Shown here piece by piece: positions 16,146-25,868 of a DNA stretch of 32,000 nucleotides. The notes below the pieces were generated by a model. The model was not told where the DNA came from. It worked only from the letters and a program-made list of their open reading frames with translations, and ran no database searches. Source of the stretch: an uncultured bacterium (GTDB lineage: Bacteria > Patescibacteriota > Gracilibacteria > UBA1369 > PNNO01). Positions within the stretch are counted from its first letter, which is position 1, and the number at the start of each line of letters is the position of its first letter. The translations under genes and the position numbers were made by a program. Location of the stretch: assembly GCA_963704705.1 (NCBI GenBank), contig OY969931.1:870001-902000 (forward strand). The letters are read 5' to 3'.

Positions 16146-18074
16146 ATGGAATATAACGAACCTGATAGATACGATTTGTATCATGAAAAAAAGAAAGGGA
16201 TATTATCAAAGATCCTTAATTTCTTATTTTTCTTAGCATTAATAGCTTTAATTGCCTATGGTATAATGCTTATTCTTGGAGGATGTGAATCAAAAGAAGC
16301 GAATCAGGCTGGCCAAACTGAGCAAACTGATCAAGCAAATCAAGCAAGCAAAGCAGGCCAAATAGATCAAGATAGTGGATTAATTGAAGTAGAAAGCACT
16401 GAAATCACAAACGATCCGTTAACAAGAGTGAATTTTAGAAAAGTAGGAACCGTTGAACCATATAAAAGCGCAACTATAACCTCTCAAACATCAGGTGCAA
16501 TCAGTGATTTCAAATATGAAGAAGGTGATATTGTTAAAAAAGGCGAACAAATAGCATCGATTACTAATTCAGTTGCAACAGAAATAGCTAAAATTAACTA
16601 CGATACAGCTTTAACAAGTTATGAAAACGCTGAAAAATCACTTGATAGTACAAAAAATTCAGTGGATAAAGATATCCAATTGGCTGCAATAGGAGTGCAA
16701 AATGCTCAAATCAATCTTAAAAACACTATTGATTCATACAATAATGCGGTTCGTACCTGGGATGAACAGATAAAATCAGCCATGTTGGGTATTCAGGCTG
16801 CTGAAATCGGTTATTCTGGTTCTCAGGAAAATTATTATAATAGTTTAACTTCAGTAAAAACCAATTTAGAAGGAGCTGTTGATAATTCTTTATCAACAAT
16901 TATTTCCGCTCTTACTTTAATAGAAAATACTGCACAGATTTCTGAAACAGTATTTGAAGACGATAATAATTTATATAATGATTACGATGATTTACTCGAT
17001 GATTATCAAAATGTTAAGGATAACGAGAATATTAATGATGCGATCAGATTAATTGAAAATTTATTAAATTCATTGGAAGACAGTCAGGATGTTTTAATTG
17101 ATATTAAAGACTTCACAGAAGATGCGAGCGTAAGAACAAGCGCTACCGCATTGCTTACTTCAATAGATCAGGTTAGATCAGGTTTGAATATGAGTAAACA
17201 GAGCTTAAATGGTGCTCTGTTAAATTATGATGCACAACCTGAAGGCACGTTTACAGGTATGGAAGCTTCTGGAACGCAGCTTCAGTCAGCAAGAAAAGCA
17301 CTTGATATAGCAAAAGCAAATCAAAAAACACAATTGGATTCATTGGCTAATGCTCTTGAGCTATCACGCAAACAATTAGATTCAGCTATTGCTCAACTTG
17401 AAAATGTTAAAGCAAAAGCTAACCTTCAGACTCTTTCAGCTGAAACTCAACTGGCTCAAATTGAAGGTCAGACTAAAACCGCTGAGGCTAATCTTGAAGG
17501 AACAAAAGTTATATCCCCTATTAACGGCACTTTACTACAAAGATTTGTTGAAGAAGGAAATTATGTAAATCCTTCACAAACAATTGTTAAGGTTGGAGAT
17601 ATGAGCAAAGTATATATAACTGTAAGTTTAACTGCGGAAGAATTGAAATATATAAAACTTGGACAATACGTTAAAATACTTGCTCCTGGTGATGTTGAAA
17701 AAACAGGTAAAATCACAAAAGTTTTGCCAACACTTGATCCAGTGACAAAAAAAGTTCAGGTAAAAATTCTAATTTCCAACAATGAAAATGAATTAATTTC
17801 AGGCATGTTTACTGATGTTTTATTTAGTGATGCTCAAAAAGATTCTGTTGGTGCATTGGTTCCATTTAAAAGTATTATTTTTGAAACCAACAATACTTAT
17901 GTATATGTGATAGAAAATAACAAAGCAGTAAAAAAAGAAGTTAAATTAGGTCAAATTGTTGGTTCTAATATTGAAATAATTGATGGTTTATCACTTGGAG
18001 ATAAAGTTATTACAAATGGAGCAAAATTAATAAATGAGGGAGACCTTGTTAAAGATGTATCCGATAATCAGTAA
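16146..18074 (+). CDS. RND/HlyD-family efflux periplasmic adaptor subunit
   Basis: N-terminal TM; FRKVGTVEPYKSATITSQTSGAISDFKYEEGDIVKKGEQIASI; coiled coil; VISPINGTLLQRFVEEGNYVNPSQTIVKVGD; C-terminal LVKDVSD. Confidence 0.9.
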   Translation: MEYNEPDRYDLYHEKKKGILSKILNFLFFLALIALIAYGIMLILGGCESKEANQAGQTEQTDQANQASKAGQIDQDSGLIEVESTEITNDPLTRVNFRKVGTVEPYKSATITSQTSGAISDFKYEEGDIVKKGEQIASITNSVATEIAKINYDTALTSYENAEKSLDSTKNSVDKDIQLAAIGVQNAQINLKNTIDSYNNAVRTWDEQIKSAMLGIQAAEIGYSGSQENYYNSLTSVKTNLEGAVDNSLSTIISALTLIENTAQISETVFEDDNNLYNDYDDLLDDYQNVKDNENINDAIRLIENLLNSLEDSQDVLIDIKDFTEDASVRTSATALLTSIDQVRSGLNMSKQSLNGALLNYDAQPEGTFTGMEASGTQLQSARKALDIAKANQKTQLDSLANALELSRKQLDSAIAQLENVKAKANLQTLSAETQLAQIEGQTKTAEANLEGTKVISPINGTLLQRFVEEGNYVNPSQTIVKVGDMSKVYITVSLTAEELKYIKLGQYVKILAPGDVEKTGKITKVLPTLDPVTKKVQVKILISNNENELISGMFTDVLFSDAQKDSVGALVPFKSIIFETNNTYVYVIENNKAVKKEVKLGQIVGSNIEIIDGLSLGDKVITNGAKLINEGDLVKDVSDNQ

Positions 18075-18079
18075 AGGTA

Positions 18080-21000
18080 ATGACGAATTATTCGCAGCAA
18101 GAATTAGATGAAATTAAAAAATCTCCCTGGAATTTTTTTATAAGACATAAAAAAGTTACCTCTTTGATAATTGCTATTATTTTCATATGGGGTATTACTT
18201 CTTTATATAGCATACCAAAAGAACTTGAACCAGAAGTTGACCTGCCTTACGGTTCTATATTTACTGTATATCCCGGAGCAAATCCATTAGATGTTGAAGA
18301 ATTGGTTACAAAAGAAATTGAAACAGCTGTTTCAACTGTAAGCGACATTAAAACATTAAATTCAACTTCTCAGTTTGGAATATCTTCAGTTATTGCAGAA
18401 TTCGAAAGCGGAGTTGATATAGATCAATCTATAAATGATTTAAGAAATGCAGTTGAAAAAGCAAAATCTCAATTACCTGAAGAAGCAAGCGATCCAACGG
18501 TAAGTAGTTTTGAAATAAATTCTATGCCTGTAATTATTTTTTCATTATTAAGTGATTTACCTGAAGATCAATTAAAAACGATTACAGAAGATGTACAGGA
18601 TGAACTTAAAAGTGTCCCTGGTGTTTCTGATGTGAATATTATTGGTGCACGAAATAAAATTATTGAAGTTAATATTAATCAAAGAGCTCTTGAAGAATTT
18701 GGATTAACAATGAATGACATTTCAAATGCACTTAAAAGTGCAAATATCAATTTTCCTATTGGTCAAATTACAAATGATGGAATTAAATATTCAATTAGAA
18801 TGGAGGCTCAGATAGGAAGCGCTTATGATCTTACTCAAATACCAATTAAACAGATTTTTAATCAGGATGGTGAAACCAATTTTATTACTTTACAGGATGT
18901 AGCTGAAGTTAAAGAAACATTACAGGATAAAAGTACAATTGCACGCGTTGGATTACCTGAAAAAGGTACAATCCAAAATGCAATTTCATTGCAGATATAT
19001 AAAAAAGATTCCGCAAACATAGTTGATGTTGCAAAAAAGGCGAAAGATAAACTTGAAGAAATAAAAGGCACTATTCTTCCTGATTCAGTAACTGTTCACA
19101 TTGCCAGTGATAACTCGGAATTTTTAGTTGAAGATTTTCAAACTCTTGGCCAAAACGGAATTGCAACAATCATTTTGATTATGGGATTTCTTTTTGTATT
19201 CCTGGGATTCAAAGAAGGAATAATTGCAGGTTTAAGTATTCCATTTTCAATGTTAATAACTGTTGGGGTTTTATATTTATTAGGCGAAACATTAAATTCT
19301 CTTACTTTGTTTGCGCTTGTATTCGCGCTTGGACTATTAATTGATAATGCGGTAATAATTATTGAAGGTATTTATGAAAATTTGAAATCAGGCAAATTCA
19401 CAACTTATGGAGCAGCTATTATAGGTATTAAAGAATTCAAATGGCCTATCATTGCTGGAACATTAACAACTGTTTTCGCTTTCCTTCCAATGCTTACAAT
19501 TAGCGGTATTACAGGACAATTCATGAGGGTAATTCCGATAACTGTAACAACAATTTTATTAGCTTCTTTATTTGTAAACCTTACAATAACGCCAACATTG
19601 GCAGCAAAATATTTAAAATCGGGAAGAACCAAAAATTTATTTAAAGGACTTCAAAAATGGTATAGCAGTTTTATTTCAGACTTATTGGATTCTAAATTCA
19701 AAAAAACAATTACTTTGGTATTAATGGCTGTAATAATGGTAGTTTCATTTTTGCTGCCAATTACAGGTGTTGTAAAAAGTGAATCTTTTCCTGTTTCTGA
19801 CTTTAAATATTTTTATGTGGATATTGAAACTCCACCTGGTTCAACCCTCGAAGAAACAGAAAAAGTAGTTCAGGAGACTGAAAAAATATTGATGGAAGTT
19901 CCTGAAGTAAAAAGTATTACCACAAGTATTGGTACTAATGCGGGAAGCGCATTTAGATCTATCATTTCTTCTTCACAAAATACTACAAATATAGCATCAA
20001 TAACTGTTAATCTTGTTGAAAAAAAGAATCGTGACAAAGAAAGTTACCAGGTTTCTGAAGACTTAAGACCAAAACTTGAAACAATTCAGGGAGGCACTGT
20101 TTCTATTTACGATCCTCAGGGTGGGCCTCCAACAGGTGCTCCGATTGAAGCTAAAATTAAAGGACCTGATTTAAAAAAACTTGAAGAAATCGCAAATACA
20201 ATTGTTGGTTATTTAAATGAAATAGAGGGAACACAAGATCCCGAAGCCTCAATTGAAAAGGGCGCGGGCGAATTTAACATTACAATTAATAGAAATAAAT
20301 TAAACTACTATGGAATTGCACCAATACAAATTGCTTCATTATTAAGGAGTAGTATTGAAGGAGTTGAAACTACTGAGCTAAGAAAAAATGGTGAAGAAAC
20401 CGATGTGATTTTACAATACGCATTTTCAAATGATGACATAACTATAGATGATCTTAAAAATATATTGGTTATTTCCCCTGTTGCAGGAATGGTTCCGGTC
20501 GGTGAATTAATTGATGTCGAATTTGAAGATAATCTTACAAGTATTTCTCATCTTGATGAAGAAAGAGTTATGTTTGTAACAAGTTATGTAAAAGACAGAA
20601 CAACAATTGAAATTATTGATGATTTAAATAAAAAACTTGAAGAGTCTCCCCTTCCAAAGGGTTACACAATTGAATTTGGTGGTGAATTTGAAGAAGTTAT
20701 GCAGTCATTTGAAGACTTGGGTACAGCTTTATTGGTAGGTTTATTATTGATCGGAATGCTGCTGGTATTGCAATTCAAATCATTCAGACAGCCGTTTATT
20801 ATAATGCTTTCTCTGCCATTTGCATTAACCGGTGTATTTTTTGGATTGGCAATAATGAATATTACAATTTCAATTCCATCGGTTATAGGTATAGTCGGAC
20901 TTGCAGGAGTTGTTGTTAATGATGCAATCGTATTGATAGATCAAATGAATAACAACAGACGAAGAGGTATGGAATTCAAAGAATCAATTGTTGACGGCGC

Positions 21001-21235
21001 AACTTCACGTTTGCAGCCCGTTTTCTTAACAACAGCCACATCAATATTTGGTATTTTACCTTTGGCTTTAACTGATGAAATCTGGGGTAGCCTTGGATTC
21101 GCATTTATATTTGGCCTTACAACACAATTCTTTTTAGTACTACTTTTAGATCCTATTCTCTATTCTATGCTATCCAAAAAAGACCACGGATGGGAAGATC
21201 CTGAAATTCTTCACAAAACAGCTGAAGAGGTATAG
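18080..21235 (+). CDS. Efflux RND transporter permease subunit (AcrB/Czc-like)
   Basis: IPKELEPEVDLPYGSIFTVYPGANPLDVEELVTKEIE, GLLIDNAVIIIEGIYENL, GIVGLAGVVVNDAIVLIDQMN, TTATSIFGILPLAL. 1051 aa. Confidence 0.95.
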   Translation: MTNYSQQELDEIKKSPWNFFIRHKKVTSLIIAIIFIWGITSLYSIPKELEPEVDLPYGSIFTVYPGANPLDVEELVTKEIETAVSTVSDIKTLNSTSQFGISSVIAEFESGVDIDQSINDLRNAVEKAKSQLPEEASDPTVSSFEINSMPVIIFSLLSDLPEDQLKTITEDVQDELKSVPGVSDVNIIGARNKIIEVNINQRALEEFGLTMNDISNALKSANINFPIGQITNDGIKYSIRMEAQIGSAYDLTQIPIKQIFNQDGETNFITLQDVAEVKETLQDKSTIARVGLPEKGTIQNAISLQIYKKDSANIVDVAKKAKDKLEEIKGTILPDSVTVHIASDNSEFLVEDFQTLGQNGIATIILIMGFLFVFLGFKEGIIAGLSIPFSMLITVGVLYLLGETLNSLTLFALVFALGLLIDNAVIIIEGIYENLKSGKFTTYGAAIIGIKEFKWPIIAGTLTTVFAFLPMLTISGITGQFMRVIPITVTTILLASLFVNLTITPTLAAKYLKSGRTKNLFKGLQKWYSSFISDLLDSKFKKTITLVLMAVIMVVSFLLPITGVVKSESFPVSDFKYFYVDIETPPGSTLEETEKVVQETEKILMEVPEVKSITTSIGTNAGSAFRSIISSSQNTTNIASITVNLVEKKNRDKESYQVSEDLRPKLETIQGGTVSIYDPQGGPPTGAPIEAKIKGPDLKKLEEIANTIVGYLNEIEGTQDPEASIEKGAGEFNITINRNKLNYYGIAPIQIASLLRSSIEGVETTELRKNGEETDVILQYAFSNDDITIDDLKNILVISPVAGMVPVGELIDVEFEDNLTSISHLDEERVMFVTSYVKDRTTIEIIDDLNKKLEESPLPKGYTIEFGGEFEEVMQSFEDLGTALLVGLLLIGMLLVLQFKSFRQPFIIMLSLPFALTGVFFGLAIMNITISIPSVIGIVGLAGVVVNDAIVLIDQMNNNRRRGMEFKESIVDGATSRLQPVFLTTATSIFGILPLALTDEIWGSLGFAFIFGLTTQFFLVLLLDPILYSMLSKKDHGWEDPEILHKTAEEV

Positions 21236-21260
21236 AATTGAAATCCTTTAAAGATTTGTT

Positions 21261-23219
21261 ATGCCTAAATATGCTGAAATTTGTCTTAAAAGAAGAATGC
21301 CGAGTAATCTTCACACTCTTACCTATAGTGTGCCTGACAATTTTAATATAAATGAAGGTAGTTATGTTAATGTTCCTTTAAGAAACAAGTCAGAAGAAGG
21401 AATTGTTTTAAATATTTCTGAAAATAAACCAAAATATCCAACCAAAAATATAAAGGAACTTATTTATGACTACCCGATTTTACAAAATTGGCAGATTGAA
21501 CTTGCAAAATGGATGTCAGAATATTATTTTTCACCTATTCAAAAGTGTCTGAATTTATTTTTACCTCCAAAATTTTACAAATCTGAAGATATAAAAGATA
21601 AAAAATTTAAAAAAATTGAAAAAAAACATAATCTAACTAAAGAACAAAAAAAAGTAATAGATAAAATACTTACAACAAATAAAAAATTCACACTTTTACA
21701 TGGAATAACTGGTTCAGGTAAAACCGAAGTGTATGTTAATTTAGTTGAAGAGTACATTGCGCAGGGCAAACAATGTTTGCTTATTGTACCTGAAATCTCT
21801 TTAACACCTCAGATGGTTGAATATTTTGAAAGAATCTTCGGAGATAATACTGCAATTTTACATAGTCGTTTAACTTTAAAAGAACGCTCACTTGAATGGC
21901 TTAAAATCTTTTTGAATAAAACCCCCATTGTTATTGGGCCAAGATCAGCGATTTTTGCACCTGTAACCAATCCCGGTTTGATAATTTTAGATGAAGAACA
22001 CGAATTTTCTTATAAACAGGATCAATCACCGCGCTATCATACTTTAAAAGTTATTGAAAAAATAACAGAATTAACTGATATTAAAGTTGTTTTGGGTAGC
22101 GCAACTCCTTCAATCGAAACATATTTTAAAGCAACAAACGGCGATTATGAATTAGCTGAACTAAATGAAAGAATCGGGGGCACTGCTTTACCAAATGTAA
22201 AAATAGTCGATCTTAGAGATGAATTTACTAAACAAAACTATTCAATATTAAGTGAAGATTTACAGAAAAAAATAAAAGAAACCCTGGCTTTAAAAAAACA
22301 GGTTATTTTATTTTTAAATAAACGTGGCGCAGCTTCAGCGGTAGTATGCAGAGAATGCGGATATATGGAAAAATGCTCAGCCTGCGATGTTCCAATGACT
22401 TATCATAATTCCCTTCCTGACCAAAACACTTTTAAACCTGTTTTAATTTGCCATCACTGCGGATTAATTAAATCAGTTCCATTAAATTGCCCTGAATGCA
22501 AAGGTGTTTCAATTAAATATGTGGGTTCAGGTACTCAAAAAGTTGAACAGGAGGTTAAAATTATGTTTCCTGATGCACGGATAGCAAGAGTAGATAAAGA
22601 CAGTATATCAAAACGCGGAAGTTTTGATGCGATTTATCAAAAATTATTAAAAGGTGAGATTGATATATTGATCGGCACACAAATGATTGGAAAAGGACTA
22701 CATTTTCCGAATGTTAATTTGGTTGGAGTAATACTTGCTGATATTGGACTGCATTTTCCTGACTTTAGAAGCTCAGAAAGAACTTTTCAGCTACTAACAC
22801 AGGTTGCAGGGCGTGCTGGCAGGGCCCAAACAGAAGGTGAAGTTGTAATTCAGACCTATATGCCTGACAATTACGCTATAAAATATTCAAAAACTCATAA
22901 TTTTAAAGATTTTTATCAATATGAGATTGATCAAAGAAGAGCTTTGAACTATCCCCCGTTCGGGAGTTTAATAAAATTAACTTTTGTTGACGAGAAAGCT
23001 AAAAAATCAATGATCGACGCTAAAAATATTTATGAAAAAATCAAACAAAACGCACCTGAAAGCATTAAAATTAATCTTTATCCGTCTTTAATTTATAAAC
23101 TTCATAATAAATACAGATGGAACGTATTAATTCAGGGTGAAAATCTTACTGAATTAATAAAAAATATCGAATTACCTTCAACTTGCAGGATTGATGTTGA
23201 TCCTATCTCAATAAGTTAG
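21261..23219 (+). CDS. priA: Primosomal protein N' (replication restart helicase PriA)
   Basis: LLHGITGSGKTEVYVNLVEE, DEEHEFSYKQDQSPRYH, LGSATPSIET, Zn cysteines CRECGYMEKCSACD / CHHCG / CPECKG, GTQMIGKGLHFPNVNLVGV, QVAGRAGRA. Confidence 0.96.
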   Translation: MPKYAEICLKRRMPSNLHTLTYSVPDNFNINEGSYVNVPLRNKSEEGIVLNISENKPKYPTKNIKELIYDYPILQNWQIELAKWMSEYYFSPIQKCLNLFLPPKFYKSEDIKDKKFKKIEKKHNLTKEQKKVIDKILTTNKKFTLLHGITGSGKTEVYVNLVEEYIAQGKQCLLIVPEISLTPQMVEYFERIFGDNTAILHSRLTLKERSLEWLKIFLNKTPIVIGPRSAIFAPVTNPGLIILDEEHEFSYKQDQSPRYHTLKVIEKITELTDIKVVLGSATPSIETYFKATNGDYELAELNERIGGTALPNVKIVDLRDEFTKQNYSILSEDLQKKIKETLALKKQVILFLNKRGAASAVVCRECGYMEKCSACDVPMTYHNSLPDQNTFKPVLICHHCGLIKSVPLNCPECKGVSIKYVGSGTQKVEQEVKIMFPDARIARVDKDSISKRGSFDAIYQKLLKGEIDILIGTQMIGKGLHFPNVNLVGVILADIGLHFPDFRSSERTFQLLTQVAGRAGRAQTEGEVVIQTYMPDNYAIKYSKTHNFKDFYQYEIDQRRALNYPPFGSLIKLTFVDEKAKKSMIDAKNIYEKIKQNAPESIKINLYPSLIYKLHNKYRWNVLIQGENLTELIKNIELPSTCRIDVDPISIS

Positions 23220-23254
23220 TATACTCATTCTTAGGATTGATTAATCGAAATCTA

Positions 23255-24235
23255 ATGAAAAGAGTACTTTCCGGTGTTCAGCCAAGCGGAAATCCACATT
23301 TAGGCAATTATTTCGGCGCAATGAAGAATCATATTGAAATGCAGGATAAATATGAATGTTTTATATTTATTGCTGATTATCATGCGCTTACTACAGTGCG
23401 TGACCCTGAAAAAATGAAGGAAATGACTCTTCATTTGGTTTTGGATTATCTTGCGCTTGGACTCGACCCTAAGAAAACCGTATTTTTTAAACAAAGCGAT
23501 GTTTACGAACACGCTCAGCTTAAATGGATACTCGATTGTGTGACACCACATGGATTACTTGAGCGTGCGCATGCTTGGAAAGACGCATTGGCTAAGGGAA
23601 CAAAAGAGCCAACTGCAGGTTTATTCAATTATCCGGTTTTAATGGCTGCTGATATTCTTTTATACCAGCCTGATTTGGTTCCGGTTGGAAAAGATCAGAA
23701 ACAACATGTTGAAATTGCGCGAGATATTGCTATTAAATTCAATAATATATTCGGTGAGGTATTTAAATTGCCTGAACCTTATATTCCTAAAGAAGTTGAG
23801 CTAATAAAAGGCACTGACGGTCAGAAAATGAGTAAAAGTTATGGTAATGTAATTGAGATTTTTGCTGATGAACCTACTTTAAAAAAGCAGGTTATGAGTA
23901 TTGAGACTGATTCAACTCCGTTGGAAGAACCAAAAGACCCATCAAAATGTAATGTTTTCTATTTATATTCTCTTTTTGCTTCAGAAAAAGAAAAAGCTGA
24001 CCTGGCAGCCAAATACAAAGCAGGAGGATTCGGTTTTGGTGATGCCAAAAAGCTATTATTGGCAAAAATAATAGATTATTTTGCTGAAAACCGTAAAAAA
24101 AGAATTGAACTATCATCAAATTTAGATTACATTAATAAAGTATTGGAAGAAGGGGCTAACAAAGCAAGGCAGGAGGCTGAAAAGACAATGGATAAGGTTA
24201 AGAGTGCTATTGGTTATGTGAAAAAATATAATTAA
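23255..24235 (+). CDS. trpS: Tryptophan--tRNA ligase
   Basis: RVLSGVQPSGNPHLGNYFGA; KMSKSYGNVIEIF. ATG at 23255 is preferred over the track TTG at 23237. Confidence 0.95.
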   Translation: MKRVLSGVQPSGNPHLGNYFGAMKNHIEMQDKYECFIFIADYHALTTVRDPEKMKEMTLHLVLDYLALGLDPKKTVFFKQSDVYEHAQLKWILDCVTPHGLLERAHAWKDALAKGTKEPTAGLFNYPVLMAADILLYQPDLVPVGKDQKQHVEIARDIAIKFNNIFGEVFKLPEPYIPKEVELIKGTDGQKMSKSYGNVIEIFADEPTLKKQVMSIETDSTPLEEPKDPSKCNVFYLYSLFASEKEKADLAAKYKAGGFGFGDAKKLLLAKIIDYFAENRKKRIELSSNLDYINKVLEEGANKARQEAEKTMDKVKSAIGYVKKYN

Positions 24236-24239
24236 TATT

Positions 24240-25862
24240 ATGGCAACCAAATACATATTTGTTACAGGAGGTGTATGCAGCTCACTCGGAAAAGGTATAA
24301 CTACCGCATCTATAGGCACCCTCCTAAAAACATCAGGATTTAACGTATTCACACAAAAATTAGACCCTTATATTAACGTTGATCCGGGCACTATGAGCCC
24401 TTTTCAACATGGTGAGGTTTTTGTTACAGATGACGGAGCAGAAACCGACTTAGATTTAGGTCACTATGAAAGATTCATTGATACAAATCTTTCAGCGGAG
24501 TCTTCTGTTTCAACAGGTAAAATATATTCAAAAGTAATTGCTGAAGAACGCAAAGGTACATATTTAGGAGGTACGATTCAAATTATTCCGCATGTTACTG
24601 ATGAAATAAAACGAAGAATCAAAGAAGCAGGCAAAAAAAGCCGAGCTGATATAGTTTTATGCGAAATAGGAGGAACTGTTGGTGATATTGAAGGTCAGCC
24701 TTTTATTGAAGCGTTAAGGCAAATGAGACATGATGTTGGAATTGAAAATACTATGTATGTTCATCTAACACTACTCCCCTATTTAAAGGGTTCTAAAGAG
24801 TTAAAAACAAAACCTACACAGGCTTCTGTACGCGAACTTCGCGGAATGGGTATAATTCCGGATTTTATTGTTGCTCGTGCTGATCAATATATTGCAAAAG
24901 ACTTACTTAAAAAGATTTCAAGGTTCTGTGATGTGCCGAATGATCATGTAATCCCAGGTGAAACAGTAAATTCTATTTATGAAGTGCCAATAAAATATCA
25001 GGAACATAATTTTGCACAGCTAATTGCAAATAAATTAAACTTGGGAAAAGTCAAACCTGATTTAAAAGAATGGAAAAGTGTAGTTGATAAAATACTTAAA
25101 GAAAAACCAGTATTAAAAATAGCACTTGTAGGTAAATATACACATTTGGAAGATGCTTATATAAGTGTAATCGAATCTTTAAAAATAGCTTGCTACCATC
25201 AAAATCGCGAATTGGAATTACACTGGATCGATTCAGAGAAACTTGAAGAGAACGATGAAAAAGCATGGAAAAAATTAAAAGAAGTAGCAGGAATTGTTGT
25301 TCCTGGCGGATTTGGAATAAGAGGAACTGAAGGAAAAATCGCTGCTGCAAAATATTGTCGTGAAAATAAAATACCTTATTTGGGTTTATGTTTAGGAATG
25401 CAGATAATGTCGATTGAATTTGCACGATATGCTTTAAATGATAAATCAATTACTTCAGAAGAATTCGATGAAAAAGGAAAAATAGATAAAGAAAAATACA
25501 TCATTCACTTTTTGCCTGGTCAATCTGCTAAACGCGCTAAAGGAGGGACATTAAGATTAGGCGCTTATCCATGTAAATTAATACCACACACAAAAACAAA
25601 GGCGCTTTACGACAAAAATGTAATTAGTGAAAGACACAGGCACAGATATGAATTTAACAATAAATTCAGAAAGAAGCTTGAAAGCAAAGGATTTGTTATT
25701 TCTGGTATTTATGAGAAAGAAAATCTTGTTGAAATCGTTGAAATTAAAGAGCATCCGTTTATGATCGGTTGTCAATTTCATCCTGAGTTTAAATCAAGGC
25801 CAAACAGACCTCATCCGCTTTTTTATGGATTTATTGAAGCAAGTATCAACACCAGTAAATAA
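24240..25862 (+). CDS. pyrG: CTP synthase
   Basis: KYIFVTGGVCSSLGKGITTASIGTLLK, QTIQIIPHVTDEIK-like (GTIQIIPHVTDEIK), PFFG-type GLCLGMQIMSIEFAR, FHPEFKSRP. Confidence 0.97.
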   Translation: MATKYIFVTGGVCSSLGKGITTASIGTLLKTSGFNVFTQKLDPYINVDPGTMSPFQHGEVFVTDDGAETDLDLGHYERFIDTNLSAESSVSTGKIYSKVIAEERKGTYLGGTIQIIPHVTDEIKRRIKEAGKKSRADIVLCEIGGTVGDIEGQPFIEALRQMRHDVGIENTMYVHLTLLPYLKGSKELKTKPTQASVRELRGMGIIPDFIVARADQYIAKDLLKKISRFCDVPNDHVIPGETVNSIYEVPIKYQEHNFAQLIANKLNLGKVKPDLKEWKSVVDKILKEKPVLKIALVGKYTHLEDAYISVIESLKIACYHQNRELELHWIDSEKLEENDEKAWKKLKEVAGIVVPGGFGIRGTEGKIAAAKYCRENKIPYLGLCLGMQIMSIEFARYALNDKSITSEEFDEKGKIDKEKYIIHFLPGQSAKRAKGGTLRLGAYPCKLIPHTKTKALYDKNVISERHRHRYEFNNKFRKKLESKGFVISGIYEKENLVEIVEIKEHPFMIGCQFHPEFKSRPNRPHPLFYGFIEASINTSK

Positions 25863-25868
25863 AATGAT

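Noticed and set aside
16330-16395. Short direct repeats (atcaagcaa / gccaaa) in the adaptor gene
   Set aside because: They encode an Ala/Gln-rich linker and are imperfect and short. Not convincing as a phase-variable tract or repeat element.
18862-21769. Antisense ORFs in the RND permease and priA (18862-19071, 19405-19632, 21575-21769)
   Set aside because: Shadow ORFs of conserved genes with no promoter or family evidence.
23300-25781. Antisense or nested ORFs in trpS and pyrG (23300-23551, 23892-24119, 24122-24352, 25096-25449, 25578-25781)
   Set aside because: Contained within or spanning conserved genes. Phe/Ile/Leu-rich translations are typical of antisense reading of AT-rich genes.
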